A stretch of 64,000 nucleotides of DNA from a bacterium (GTDB taxonomy: Bacteria > SAR324 > NAC60-12). The DNA lies in the NCBI GenBank assembly GCA_965233585.1, contig CBDDTI010000746.1, forward strand, positions 96,001 to 160,000, in the 5' to 3' direction. The notes beneath the pieces are model-generated. The model saw only the letters and a program-made list of their open reading frames with translations, made no database searches and was not told the DNA's origin. Position numbers and translations under genes: made by a program. Each line of letters starts with the position of its first letter. Within the stretch, counting starts at the first letter, position 1. Shown here one piece after another: positions 19,505-30,009 of this stretch.

Positions 19505-20941
19505 TTATTCTCTGGAATCCCATTGTTGTTGAAATGTTTTTAGGAAAGGCAAGATTTTGCATTGGTGGCAACCTGATTCAAAGTTTTGGCAGTATTGATG
19601 ATGAAGATGTAAAAGTCCTTGTTGAGTGCATGAAGAATTAGATTTTGGCAAAGACGCAGGAGCCAGTCGTTTTGCCATAAATCTTGTGATATTGTTAGAT
19701 GGCTCATGGTTGAGAGTTGAAAAAATGGTTTCAAGCAAGGTTTCTAATTGCTTCCATTGATGATGCTTGGCATATGCCAGAAAAAAAGGAATGATTGCGT
19801 TGTTCCAGATGACGTTTTGCTGTGATTTTCCAAGCAGTTGGGACTTGTTTGCTGTGGCTTTTTCTGTATTGAAATGCGAGTTCCAAACCTCCCAATTTGG
19901 AGTTTTAAAAAGAGTATTGCAGTCTTTTTGAATGGTCTTGATGAGCCGTTTAGAATCTGTGATTTGACTCCATTTTAACAAAAATTTTAGCCAGCCTTTC
20001 AACAAGCCTGTTTCTCCCCATTGATGCAAATGATGAAAAACTCCAACCAACCGCCTTTGTGGTGAATTGTATGGTCGGGAAGCTCCTGTAAAGGGGAGGG
20101 CGATGTCAGGTTTTTTGGTCAGGGTCTTCCAAATTTGCAAGCATCGCATTTGTTCTCTCCTGACGGAAGCATCTTTTGCCAAATGCAAATCTTCAAGCAA
20201 ATGACATGCTCCAAACCAGCGAGCTAATATTTGCATGCGTCCTTCGCGAAACGAACTGGACAAGTCTTTTTGTATGTCAGCAAGCGGGAAACAGTGGGCT
20301 AATTGCTCAAAAGCAAGAGCATATTTGGTTTGTCCGCACGCTCGCAAAAGAAGGCGATAAAGGATTTCATCAGGAGGTTGTTCATGCCAAGTTTCAAGTA
20401 TCTTTTCAGCTTTTTGAAGCATACGCAACTTGCCAGCATGGTTGAGGCATGCGAGGAGCAAATCAGGAGACCATTTGGAAACTTCAACACCACAAAGTCC
20501 GGGAAGCTGGTCATAATTTTGAAGCCACAATTCGGGGTCATCTAAAAGCCATAAACTTTGCTCTTGCAGTCTGTCTTTCAGCTCCAGCTCTAAAAGAACG
20601 TTGCCGTCTTGCCTACAAGGGCGGTGTTGGTCTGCTTTCAAAACGACATGCAAAATCACGCTGTTATATTTCAAATCGTGTTGATGTTGGTGTGTATTCC
20701 ATAAGCTAGAGTGCAAATGAATTTCTACGTCTCCTTGCATCTCTTTGTCTCCGATCCATAGGCGGGCATTTGTAAAGTCTGCACCTGCCCCCTGATTCTT
20801 CCAACCTTGAAAAATGATCTTGAGAGGCACGCCTGTTGTTGTCATCAGATTGTCTTCAGAAAATGCTTTGACTGACCAAATCGCTTGTAGCCATGACTCA
20901 CGAGCCTTCTCTACTTCATGGGTTAAAAATTGATGTGTCAT
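19505..20941 (-). CDS. DUF2851 family protein
   Basis: G..N..AG.DF..A, GDVEIH..SS.W..H.H..D..YNSVILHVV, terminal QQGLLH...C....C..C. Confidence 0.85.
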   Translation of the reverse strand: MTHQFLTHEVEKARESWLQAIWSVKAFSEDNLMTTTGVPLKIIFQGWKNQGAGADFTNARLWIGDKEMQGDVEIHLHSSLWNTHQHQHDLKYNSVILHVVLKADQHRPCRQDGNVLLELELKDRLQEQSLWLLDDPELWLQNYDQLPGLCGVEVSKWSPDLLLACLNHAGKLRMLQKAEKILETWHEQPPDEILYRLLLRACGQTKYALAFEQLAHCFPLADIQKDLSSSFREGRMQILARWFGACHLLEDLHLAKDASVRREQMRCLQIWKTLTKKPDIALPFTGASRPYNSPQRRLVGVFHHLHQWGETGLLKGWLKFLLKWSQITDSKRLIKTIQKDCNTLFKTPNWEVWNSHFNTEKATANKSQLLGKSQQNVIWNNAIIPFFLAYAKHHQWKQLETLLETIFSTLNHEPSNNITRFMAKRLAPASLPKSNSSCTQQGLLHLHHQYCQNFESGCHQCKILPFLKTFQQQWDSRE

Positions 20942-21038
20942 TTTTCATGTGATTTTGAGTGCCAACTGTCTCTAGTACGTGTTAAGATAAACCTTGTTTG
21001 TATTTAATTTTCAATAATCTACCCAACAAAATCAAGCC

Positions 21039-22172
21039 ATGCGTCAATGTTTAGTCTGTTCTCATCTCAATTCATCTTTAACCGTTTATTGTTCGGATTG
21101 TGGCAATCAGCTACCAGCCAAGCATCTTGACCTTTTTGATGCAGTCAAATCCTTTGTTTTAAGCAGTATTTTAACAACGGGACTCTATGTTTTTGTGCTT
21201 CCTCAACCAAGTTTTTTGCCCTTTCAAGATGTGTTAGGAAGCATTGTTTCACAAATTATTGTGTTTTTTTCGCTTTGGGCTTTGTTTTTAGTGGGTTTTA
21301 GATGGTGGCAGTATCGCTTTCAGATAAAAAAACTCAAAGCATTCTACCATGTAGAAATCATTAAACTGTTTTCTGATGGTATTGACCCCTTGAATAGCTT
21401 TGAGAAACTTGAAAAAGTCACCAAATTTTTTCATGTAGGTCACAAAACGAATCTTGCCAACAGTGTCGTTTATCAAAAGTTGAGAAGGATTTTTAGCCAT
21501 CTTCGTAACATACCCAAAAAGGAGCAAATTCATCAAATTTTAGATTATCAATCCAATGTGAATTTTAATCGTGTGGAAAATAGCTATGTGTTGCTCAACA
21601 CACTGATTTGGGCGATTCCAATTCTCGGCTTTATCGGAACAGTTTTGGGAGTGGGTGATGCGATAGGAGAGTTTTCTATTTTCTTGCAAACGGTGGATTC
21701 TTCACAAATCAATACGCAAATCCGTTCTGCCCTTGGAGGTGTGACCAATGGGCTTTCAACGGCATTTCATACTACATTTTTAGGGTTGCTTTTTGCAATT
21801 CCCTTGATGATGTTCAGTTCCATGATTCGCCGTTCTGAAGAAGAATTGCTTTTGCAAGTAGAGGATTATTGTCTGGAACATGTGATTCCATATTTACAAG
21901 TCCATGAAACTTCTGCCAATTTTCAATCAGTTGATGAAGAATTGGCAAAGATTTGTCATTTTTCAACACGTTGGCAAGAAGAGTTAGAAAAATGTTTTGA
22001 GGGTGTGAAACATTATAGCGAGAGTCTGCAAAATCAAGTGAAGGGGCTACAACCTATTTTGAAAGAGTTCAGTGAGGAGGTTTGCCAGAACAAAGATTCT
22101 GACCATCTTCTACATGGTCTGCCTCCAGAAAACCATGCTACCCCTAACGTTGTAGAGAAAGAGGCAAATTAA
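21039..22172 (+). CDS. MotA/TolQ/ExbB proton-channel family protein with N-terminal zinc ribbon and C-terminal coiled coil
   Basis: CxxC..CxxCG N-terminus; WAIPILGFIGTVLG and GL.TAF.TT..GL. Confidence 0.8.
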   Translation: MRQCLVCSHLNSSLTVYCSDCGNQLPAKHLDLFDAVKSFVLSSILTTGLYVFVLPQPSFLPFQDVLGSIVSQIIVFFSLWALFLVGFRWWQYRFQIKKLKAFYHVEIIKLFSDGIDPLNSFEKLEKVTKFFHVGHKTNLANSVVYQKLRRIFSHLRNIPKKEQIHQILDYQSNVNFNRVENSYVLLNTLIWAIPILGFIGTVLGVGDAIGEFSIFLQTVDSSQINTQIRSALGGVTNGLSTAFHTTFLGLLFAIPLMMFSSMIRRSEEELLLQVEDYCLEHVIPYLQVHETSANFQSVDEELAKICHFSTRWQEELEKCFEGVKHYSESLQNQVKGLQPILKEFSEEVCQNKDSDHLLHGLPPENHATPNVVEKEAN

Positions 22173-22887
22173 ATTCAAGGGTGTCTAAGTATTCTTCACC
22201 CGTTTCTGATGTAATTCCCATCATCAAACGAATAGCAAGAGGCAAACAAGGTTCACTGCCAGCAGAAGGAGTAGGGGAACATTTTTGCTCTGCAGAATCC
22301 CATTCGTCTAGCCACACCTCTTGAATTTGACCCGTTTCTACATCAACAATATTTTGTGATAAAAATTGAAGTTGAAAAAGAGAAATGCGTTTGGAAAGTG
22401 TTTGAAATTTGCCTCCTTCTGTCATATCAGAGTCAATATAAAAATCTTCTCTTCGCTGAAAAATCCATTCGTTTTTTAATGGATCGCGAACAAGCCAGTA
22501 GCCTACTTCGTGCAATTCAGGGTCTTTCTTTAATTCTGTTGCTTCGTTAAAAAATCGGGTTTCTCCTGCTGTGTGAAAATGAATGGCACTGGCAGGCTGA
22601 CTTTCTGGACCGTCAAATCTCTTTGAGATGATGCCTGTCTGGTATTGTTCTTCTTTACTGTTGAGTATGACGAAGTTGGTCAGATATTGCACACGTTGTA
22701 AATCATCTAGCACAATTTGTCCCAATAATCTTAACTCTTGTCTGGCTTCCAGTATTTTCAAAACTCTTTCAGACCCATCAGAAAACTGGAAAACTGCACG
22801 GTAAATCAACATAGAAATAAACGACAACAATGCAATGGAAGCAAGCAACTCTAGTAGTGTGAAGCCTGATTTACTTGGGACGGACAT
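22144..22887 (-). CDS. gspJ: Type II secretion minor pseudopilin GspJ-like
   Basis: GFTLLELL prepilin motif; C-terminal W.DEWD...LP.AIR; order G-H-I-J. Confidence 0.75.
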   Translation of the reverse strand: MSVPSKSGFTLLELLASIALLSFISMLIYRAVFQFSDGSERVLKILEARQELRLLGQIVLDDLQRVQYLTNFVILNSKEEQYQTGIISKRFDGPESQPASAIHFHTAGETRFFNEATELKKDPELHEVGYWLVRDPLKNEWIFQRREDFYIDSDMTEGGKFQTLSKRISLFQLQFLSQNIVDVETGQIQEVWLDEWDSAEQKCSPTPSAGSEPCLPLAIRLMMGITSETGEEYLDTLEFNLPLSLQR

Positions 22888-23245
22888 AAATTTGTGCCTC
22901 GTATGCTTGTTGCCTTGCCCCTTCTTGCCATTCTATACGAAGCAAGACCTTTCGGATAATGACACCCGGAAATGGAGCAACGTCTTGAATCCGTCTTGTC
23001 CAAGAGCTTCCAAAAAGGTCATGATCTGGCTGAAATTTACCTTGTGCCACCGATACAGGGACAGACTCTGCTCGCTCCCAACGCATCAGTTCATTATGGG
23101 TGTATTGCATGGCTAGCCAAAGTCTTTTAGATGAAGACACTGCTTGAATTGAACCTGAAAAGAGCTGATAGGTTGCAATGAGGGTAAAAGTGAGAATGGT
23201 TAAAGCCGCCAACGTTTCTAAAAGCGTAAATGCTCTAATTTTCAT
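22871..23245 (-). CDS. gspI: Type II secretion minor pseudopilin GspI-like
   Basis: AFTLLETLAAL prepilin motif; start reassigned to ATG 23245. Confidence 0.72.
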   Translation of the reverse strand: MKIRAFTLLETLAALTILTFTLIATYQLFSGSIQAVSSSKRLWLAMQYTHNELMRWERAESVPVSVAQGKFQPDHDLFGSSWTRRIQDVAPFPGVIIRKVLLRIEWQEGARQQAYEAQIYVRPK

Positions 23246-23759
23246 GGGTGATGTCTCTGATTGCAACTTTGCCTAAAATTCCTTCGGAGTAGATATTCCA
23301 AAGGGTTTCATCTTCCTCAAACATCAATACAAATGGGGACACAAATCCAGAATTGTCAATTTTAACCACCATCTCTTTGGCGTCTTTTTCAGTTGTAAAT
23401 TGTAACAATGCTTTAGCTCGTATGGCTTCTTGCTGATTGAGAAAGGTGTTACGAAGGACAAAAGACTCAGGAAAAGAATAGGGACGAAGGATATTTGGGG
23501 AGTTTACCTGCTCTTTGTCTCCTTCTTTGGGCAAAACAAATACCGTGTAGTTTTGTTCTTTAGGACTGAAGATGATTTGATAATGCTGTCTGCCCAAAAT
23601 GGCTTCATTTCGTAGTAAATTGATGACTTGCGAAATGCGGCGAGATTGAGTCTGTGCTTGGTCTTCCAGAGTTTGAAAAATTCTTGGCGTTGCCACTGTC
23701 CCAATCGCGACAAGTAAAACAACGACAACAAGAATTTCTATGAGTGTAATGCCCCGCAC
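23235..23759 (-). CDS. gspH: Type II secretion minor pseudopilin GspH-like
   Basis: GITLIEILVVV prepilin motif; follows gspG. Confidence 0.72.
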   Translation of the reverse strand: MRGITLIEILVVVVLLVAIGTVATPRIFQTLEDQAQTQSRRISQVINLLRNEAILGRQHYQIIFSPKEQNYTVFVLPKEGDKEQVNSPNILRPYSFPESFVLRNTFLNQQEAIRAKALLQFTTEKDAKEMVVKIDNSGFVSPFVLMFEEDETLWNIYSEGILGKVAIRDITHEN

Positions 23760-23808
23760 ATGAAAGGAGATGATGGAAGGTGTTTAGAATAAACTTTGAA
23801 TATCAGAT

Positions 23809-24264
23809 TTACAGGTCTTTAGAGTTAATATCTGTTGCTGTTTCAGCCCCACCTTCTTCCCCGTCAGAACCATAAGAGATGATTTCATATTGTTTGCCAC
23901 CACTACGATAGATGAAGTCATTGTCCCAGCCATCCTTGGGTAACTGCCCATTGATATAAGGACCACTCCAGCTGTTTGGAATTTTTCCAACTTCAGGCTT
24001 TGTGATTAAAGCATCTAGTCCTTGTTCTGTTTGAGGATAGGATTGATTACTTAACCTATACAAATCAAGGGCTGTTTGCAACCCGCGTATATTGGTGATG
24101 GTTGTGTCCACTCTGGCTTGGTCTAGCTGTCCAAAAACTGTCACCCCTACCAACCCAGCAACAAGACCAATGATGATGATCACCACCATAATTTCAATAA
24201 GACTAAAAGCGTTTCTTATTTTGAATTTTTGAGAGTGTCCGCTTTGAGAACGTTTGATAAGCAT
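23809..24264 (-). CDS. gspG: Type II secretion major pseudopilin GspG
   Basis: FSLIEIMVV, ALDLYRL...YP.TEQGL.AL, W.GPY, D.W, SYG.DG..GG...DI. Confidence 0.92.
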   Translation of the reverse strand: MLIKRSQSGHSQKFKIRNAFSLIEIMVVIIIIGLVAGLVGVTVFGQLDQARVDTTITNIRGLQTALDLYRLSNQSYPQTEQGLDALITKPEVGKIPNSWSGPYINGQLPKDGWDNDFIYRSGGKQYEIISYGSDGEEGGAETATDINSKDL

Positions 24265-24332
24265 TTTTTCCTTTTTTGAATAAAAACAGATAGAAACAAA
24301 GAGAAAGATTATACCTCAATTTTTGAATGAAA

Positions 24333-25055
24333 TCAATTTGACAGGCTTTTTTTTATTTTTTGCGAGTAAACATTTTGTGCCAGTTGATAGGTTTGAGGCG
24401 TGCCAATGTCAATATGAATGTCAGTGTTGTGCCAAGCATGGATTTTTCCGAGAAAATTGGGAATGACCTCTGTGCTGAAATCAATGATTGGTTTGTTCAA
24501 AGATTGCAAAAACTCTATGACTTCATGTTCAAAAATATAAACCGCTCCATTAGCAAGATTGCTAGGTGGATTTGCAATTTTTTCATGAAATTGCTGGACT
24601 ATATTTTGATGATCTAACTCAACAATTCCACATGTTTCAGGAGTGGGTGTAGCAAAGGTCATCATAGTTAAAACAGTATGTTGAGGGCGGTTTTGGTGTG
24701 CTTGAAGGAAGTTTTGAAAGTGGCATAAACAAAAATTATCGGCATGAATGAGTAATCCTGCTTGTCCTGCAAAAAAATTTTGATTGGTTAACAGTGTGCC
24801 TCCTGTGCCTAACAGGTTTTTCTCGTGAACTAGCTGGACGTATTTTTGAAATGGACTTTGTTGAATATGCCTTTCAACTTGCTCCGAAAAATAATGCGTA
24901 TTGATGAGAATGTCTTGAACACCAGCAGTGATGAGTTGCTGCAACCAAAAATCAAGAAGTCGTTGATTGCCAATAGGAACAAGACATTTAGGGATTTTTT
25001 CAGTGAGGGGACGCAATCGTTTTCCAAGACCAGCTGCAAGTAAAAGAGCCTTCAT
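24333..25055 (-). CDS. Sugar-1-phosphate nucleotidyltransferase (HddC/GMPP-like)
   Basis: LLAAGLGKRLRPLT..IPKCL, LLGTGG, DIGTP. Confidence 0.88.
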   Translation of the reverse strand: MKALLLAAGLGKRLRPLTEKIPKCLVPIGNQRLLDFWLQQLITAGVQDILINTHYFSEQVERHIQQSPFQKYVQLVHEKNLLGTGGTLLTNQNFFAGQAGLLIHADNFCLCHFQNFLQAHQNRPQHTVLTMMTFATPTPETCGIVELDHQNIVQQFHEKIANPPSNLANGAVYIFEHEVIEFLQSLNKPIIDFSTEVIPNFLGKIHAWHNTDIHIDIGTPQTYQLAQNVYSQKIKKSLSN

Positions 25056-25058
25056 CTG

Positions 25059-26474
25059 TCACGCCAGTTGTGCCAAAACCTCTGATTTTTTCAGCGGGAC
25101 ATTTCCTAATCTGCTCACTTGACATGCTGCAGCAATCGCCGCTAAATAAGCGGCTTCCCAAATCGTTCCACCAGCGGCAAGGCTTAAACTTGCAAGAGCA
25201 AGCAAGCAATCTCCTGCACCTGCACAATCCTTTGCAGCTGGATTGAGTGCAGGCATGTCATCAGTTGTTTCTTCCGTCTGAACCAACATGCCCTCGTGTC
25301 CCATTGTGATGAAAATGTGTTGAGCTTTCGTTTTTTGTCTTAATTTTTCAGCCATGACAACCAGACCATCAGTTTGGTTATGCAGAGCAAGACGTGCTTC
25401 TCTTTCTGTTGGAGTGAGCAAAGTGGTATTAGAAAAGCGGGAAACATCACCAATTTGTGACGAAGATTGACTGTCAGCCGTCATCATAATCTTGTTTTGA
25501 AGGCAATAACCAGTGATGCGACTGACAAGAGTTTGAGGCAAAGTTCCATAATTGAAATCAGAAAAAATGACTAAATCTAGTTGTTTAGCAATGTCAATGA
25601 ATTTGTCAAATATCTGGTCTTGAAGCTCTTGACTAATGGCATGTTGTTTTAGTCGGTTGACACGCAACAATGTCTTTTGGTCAGTACGATAGCGAGTCTT
25701 TAAAGTGGTCGGTCTTGAAATATCGGGCAAAAGGTTTGGGGAGACTTGATACTCAACAAGTTGCTGATTCGCAAACTCTGATATTTCATTGGTAGCACCT
25801 GATACAGAAAAAAAGTGAACTTCATTCGCTCCTAGCGATTTCACATGCGCTGCCAAAATTCCAGCACCACCTAAAAAACGTTTAGTATCAGTTGGAGAAA
25901 CAACAATGGTGGGGTCTTCTTGGGACATGCCTAGTGCATCACAAGTGATATAGTCGTCAATGATTAAATCTCCCAAAACACACACGTTGATTTTTCCAAA
26001 AGATTCAATCTGCTGTTTTAAAGTGGTTGTTTTAATGTCCCTACGATTGAGGAAAGAACGGGGTTGAATCAAGTTTGTGAAGGTAGAAAGAGCAATTTCT
26101 TCACGAATTAAGCTGAATGAAGAAAAAACAGATTCACCAGAGCTGAAAAGTAGTTTCCCTCCATATGCCCGAAGTATTTCTAATTCAGGATTATATCGGT
26201 CTTCATACTCTTTCCCCTTGACTACAATATCAGGACGTTTCTGTTCAATAATCTGTTCAGGAGGGATTTCAATCAGGAAGGCATCGTGGACAATACTTAA
26301 ATTTTGAATTGCAACAAGTCTTTCCTTTTCAGCAATGTAAGCACTTTCATTCGCCAATTTATCGCTATATACACCGATTGCTAAATGCTCCCCACAGTCT
26401 GCTGCAAATTTCAGTAAACGGATATGTCCGGGGTGCAGAATATTAAAAGTTCCTGAGACAAAAACTGTTGTCAT
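25059..26474 (-). CDS. Bifunctional HldE/RfaE-like protein: N-terminal cytidylyltransferase-fold domain plus C-terminal PfkB sugar kinase
   Basis: GTFNILHPGHIRLL, VKGKEY; VLGDLIID, SDFNYG, D.AGAGD. Confidence 0.85.
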   Translation of the reverse strand: MTTVFVSGTFNILHPGHIRLLKFAADCGEHLAIGVYSDKLANESAYIAEKERLVAIQNLSIVHDAFLIEIPPEQIIEQKRPDIVVKGKEYEDRYNPELEILRAYGGKLLFSSGESVFSSFSLIREEIALSTFTNLIQPRSFLNRRDIKTTTLKQQIESFGKINVCVLGDLIIDDYITCDALGMSQEDPTIVVSPTDTKRFLGGAGILAAHVKSLGANEVHFFSVSGATNEISEFANQQLVEYQVSPNLLPDISRPTTLKTRYRTDQKTLLRVNRLKQHAISQELQDQIFDKFIDIAKQLDLVIFSDFNYGTLPQTLVSRITGYCLQNKIMMTADSQSSSQIGDVSRFSNTTLLTPTEREARLALHNQTDGLVVMAEKLRQKTKAQHIFITMGHEGMLVQTEETTDDMPALNPAAKDCAGAGDCLLALASLSLAAGGTIWEAAYLAAIAAACQVSRLGNVPLKKSEVLAQLA

Positions 26475-26880
26475 ACCCTGTAAAAATATTGTACTAACTT
26501 ACTTCCCAGAATACAATTTAGAGAGTTCATCTAAATAAGGAGAATCTTCCCAGCAATTTTCTAGGTAGAAGGAAGATATTTTGGCATTATGATCAAATTC
26601 AGCTCCTGATGCCATTTCATCATTCGACGTTCTACTTGATGTGCCTATTAAGGGCTTGTTAGTTAACCTTAATAATTCCAGGGCTTTTTGCTGTAAGGAA
26701 GATAACTTCTGGCAATTTACGTCTTCCATAAATTCTATAACTGCATTTTTTATTTCTAAAGGTGTATTCTCTATGACAATAATATTTTCTATGCCGTCCC
26801 AGCCATAATTAACCCAATCTTTCTTGAAGGATGTTAAAACCTCTTTAAAAGGAATAATTTTATTTCTTTTTTTACAAAAC

Positions 26881-27640
26881 GGCATTGTTAAGTAATAAGT
26901 GATAGCTGATTATTCCGTTTTGCCATGAACAAAAGAACAGAATATTGTAATGCTTTAAGAGACTTGCTGTAACATTTGGTTTTCCTTCTCATTCTTGCCA
27001 AGAAATGTCTCAAGAGAGAATTATACCCTTCTATCGTGTATGTTTCTGCCTTGGAACATGTATGAATTTCTTTGGGAATGACTTGTTTGTAAGCCTTGCA
27101 GTGATCAGTCATCACCTGAAGAGGTTTTGTTTCCTTGACCTTGTCCCATAAATGCCTACAGGCTTTTGAGTCTCTGTTTCCAAGCACATAATTGATAAAT
27201 TGCTTCCCACATCTATCAACAGCAATCCAGAGCCAGCAGTAGTTTTTTTTGACTGGATGTAGGTGTGCATTTCATCAATTTCCATAATTTCAATGTCTGT
27301 GTCCTTTCTTAATGCCTTGAGCTGTTCGCCAAAACTACAGACCCAATTATAAACTGAAACATGAGAACAATTCAGCAAACGACCGATTGACCTGAAACCA
27401 AGACCCTCCAAATACAACTCTAATGCTCTTCTTTTGATCTGTGGTGAGATTTGACCACGATAGGACTTGGTATATTGATAGTTGCAGGCATTGCAACGCC
27501 TCCTCGGTTTACCATATAAAAAACCATTCTTAACCATCTTCTCACTTTCACATCTAGGACACGACTTCATTGCTACACCATGACTATCAATTCAATTAAA
27601 TGAACTTAATATCGCATATCACTTATAGTTTAACAATACC
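26881..27640 (-). mobile_element. IS1-family insertion sequence, complete, 760 bp
   Basis: Terminal inverted repeats GGCATTGTTAAGTAATAAGTGATA / GGTATTGTTAAACTATAAGTGATA (20/24); flanking duplication TACAAAAC / TACAAAAG; insA and insB ORFs. Confidence 0.93.
26888..27570 (-). CDS. IS1 transposase InsAB via -1 programmed frameshift
   Basis: InsA zinc ribbon (CPRC..CNAC) and HTH, EIDEMHTY; slippery A8-C at 27243-27250 leads into KKNYCWLWIAVDR..TD..Y..IEGYN..RHFLAR..RKTKCYSKS. Confidence 0.9.
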
Positions 27641-28638
27641 TACAAAAGAAATGTTTATAGCAACACATATTTTTTGTAGCAAGATACAAATTGGTGCAAT
27701 TGGATCTGAAAACAGGTTTATCTAATGCGTTAGCTAATTCTGAAAGACCTGAATCTCCTCCTATAAATGCACGACATTGATGAATTAAAAAAAGATCACC
27801 AATATTTGAATAATAAGGTGTTTTAATATAATCAATGACTCTTTCCATTTTTGGTAAAGCAGTCATTGAAGGATCACCCATACGAATCACATATCCTCCT
27901 CGCTCTGTAATATAACGTATTGCGGGTACATAGTTAGATATGGTCGAACTTCTTGTGTTTACTTGTTCATTATGATAACCCGATTCTCGAACATGTAAAC
28001 AAATCCACCAATCTTCTTCATTAATCCCCAAAGATTGTAACAATTCTTGTCCTTTTTTTAACTGGCTCTGATTTAAATTAACTGCTAAAGGTACATTAAA
28101 CCTCTTATCATGTCTAAAATTTAAACCACGAATACACTCAAGAAATCTCCCTTGTTGATAACCTATCTTTCTATCCAAGTTTAAGCCCTTTGTAATATTT
28201 AACTTCCTTAAAGGATAAATCAGTCTGTTATAGAAAAGTACTAAATCAAGAAGAAGAAAGTAAACGAGCTTATATTTCCAACTACTTTGATCTTGCTTAC
28301 AATCAAAATGACAGAAGTAAATTTCTTTATTGGCAATCTTTAACGATGTTGGAATACATACAAGAGTTTTTTTCTGTTTGTTTTGCTAAAACAGCAGCTA
28401 CTTTAATATCAATACTCAAAAAACCCATACAAGCTCCCCATGGAAGAATAACAATATATCTATCAGGAGGAAATATTTTATCAACAATCTTTTGAAGTAT
28501 TTTAATTAAAATTTGATTCATTTTTAGTCTAAATAAATTTAAGCAGTCTGTTTTAGTTAATCTAATGTACTGGGAAAAGTTATTAAAATATAATAGAAAA
28601 TCTAATACTACTATTGCTTACAAAAGTATTGTATCTGT

Positions 28639-29895
28639 TTATTTCCCAGAATATAATTTAGAAAGTTCATCTAAATAAGGAGAATCTTCCCAACAATTTT
28701 CCAGGTAAAAGGAAGATATCTTAGCAAGATGATCACATTTAGCTCCTGAGGCTAAAGCGTCATTCCCATAATTTGAACTATCTTGACCAATCAAAGGCTT
28801 GTTTGTCAATCTGATCAGATCAAGAGCTTCTTGCTGTAATGGAGATAATTTTTGACAATCTAAATCTTCCATAAATTCCATAACTGTGTTTCTTATTTCT
28901 AAAGGCGTATTCTCTATCACAATAAAATTTTCTATGTATTTCCAACCATAAGTAACCCAATCTTTTTTGAAGGACATTAAGATTTCTTTAAAAGGGATAA
29001 TCTTTTTTCTCTTTTTACAAAAGATATGCTTATAACAACATATATTTCCCATGGTTGTAAATAAATCGAAGTTATTTATCCTACAAACTGCTTTACCTAA
29101 TAATAAAGCTAGTTCCGCAAGACCTGAATCTCCTCCTATAAATGCACGACATTGATGAATTAAAAAAAGATCACCAATATCTGAATAATAAGGTGTTTTA
29201 ATATAATCAATGACTCTTTCCATTTTTGGTAAAGCAGTCATTGAAGGATCACCCATACGAATCACATATCCTCCTCGCTCTGTAATATAACGTATTACAC
29301 TTATATAATTAGAGATGCTTGCATCTCTGTAAGTTCTACCTTGATCTTTGTAATAACCTGACTCACGAACGTGTAAACAAACCCACCATTCATTCTCATT
29401 TATTCCCAAAAATTGTAGCAGTTTTTGTCCTCTTTTTAATTGAGATTTATTTATATGAACAGCCAATGGTTTATAAAATCTTATATCAAATTTTAAACTC
29501 AACCCAGAAATACATTTATAAAAATTTCCTTGTTGATAGCCTATTTTTTCATCTAAATTTAACCCTTGTGTAACGTTTAATTTTCTCAAAGGATAAATAA
29601 CTCTGTTATAAAAAAGAACTAAATCAACAAGAATAAAATAAATAAGTTTATATTTCCAACTACTTTGATCTTGATTACAATCAAAATGACAGAAATAAAG
29701 CTCTTTATTAACAGTATTTGGTGTCGGAATACATATTAAAGTTTTTCCTGTTTCCTTCGCTAAAACAGCAGCTACTTTGACATCAATAGAAAGATACCCC
29801 ATACAAGCCCCCCATGGAACAATAACAATATACCTATCAGAAGGAAACATCTTATCTACAATTTTTTGAAGTATTTTAATTAAAATTTGATTCAT
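28639..29895 (-). CDS. Putative glycosyltransferase, TIGR04372-like (intact copy)
   Basis: WWVCLHVRESGY, RGGYVIRMGDP, VIDY, CRAFIGGDSG, ENTP.EI. Confidence 0.8.
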   Translation of the reverse strand: MNQILIKILQKIVDKMFPSDRYIVIVPWGACMGYLSIDVKVAAVLAKETGKTLICIPTPNTVNKELYFCHFDCNQDQSSWKYKLIYFILVDLVLFYNRVIYPLRKLNVTQGLNLDEKIGYQQGNFYKCISGLSLKFDIRFYKPLAVHINKSQLKRGQKLLQFLGINENEWWVCLHVRESGYYKDQGRTYRDASISNYISVIRYITERGGYVIRMGDPSMTALPKMERVIDYIKTPYYSDIGDLFLIHQCRAFIGGDSGLAELALLLGKAVCRINNFDLFTTMGNICCYKHIFCKKRKKIIPFKEILMSFKKDWVTYGWKYIENFIVIENTPLEIRNTVMEFMEDLDCQKLSPLQQEALDLIRLTNKPLIGQDSSNYGNDALASGAKCDHLAKISSFYLENCWEDSPYLDELSKLYSGK

Positions 29896-30009
29896 TTTTA
29901 ATCTAAATAAATTGAGAGTTTTAAATAAAGAATGTTGTAAACCATTATCTACGGTTTGTTTTTTGCTTGGTATTCACTTCTTTTTTGAGGAGACCTTGCG
30001 ACAGACTTC

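Larger units (their letters stand above)
26499..28521 (-). pseudogene. TIGR04372-like glycosyltransferase, copy 2: frameshifted and IS-interrupted
   Basis: Three fragments (28327-28521, 27630-28178, 26499-26885) are collinear with the intact copy at 28639-29895; +1 frameshift in an A7 run at 28367-28373; IS1 inserted at 26881-27640. Confidence 0.92.

Noticed and set aside
21039..22172. Zorya (ZorA) defence system
   Set aside because: No ZorB (OmpA-like) or ZorC/D/E neighbours, and the tail is short
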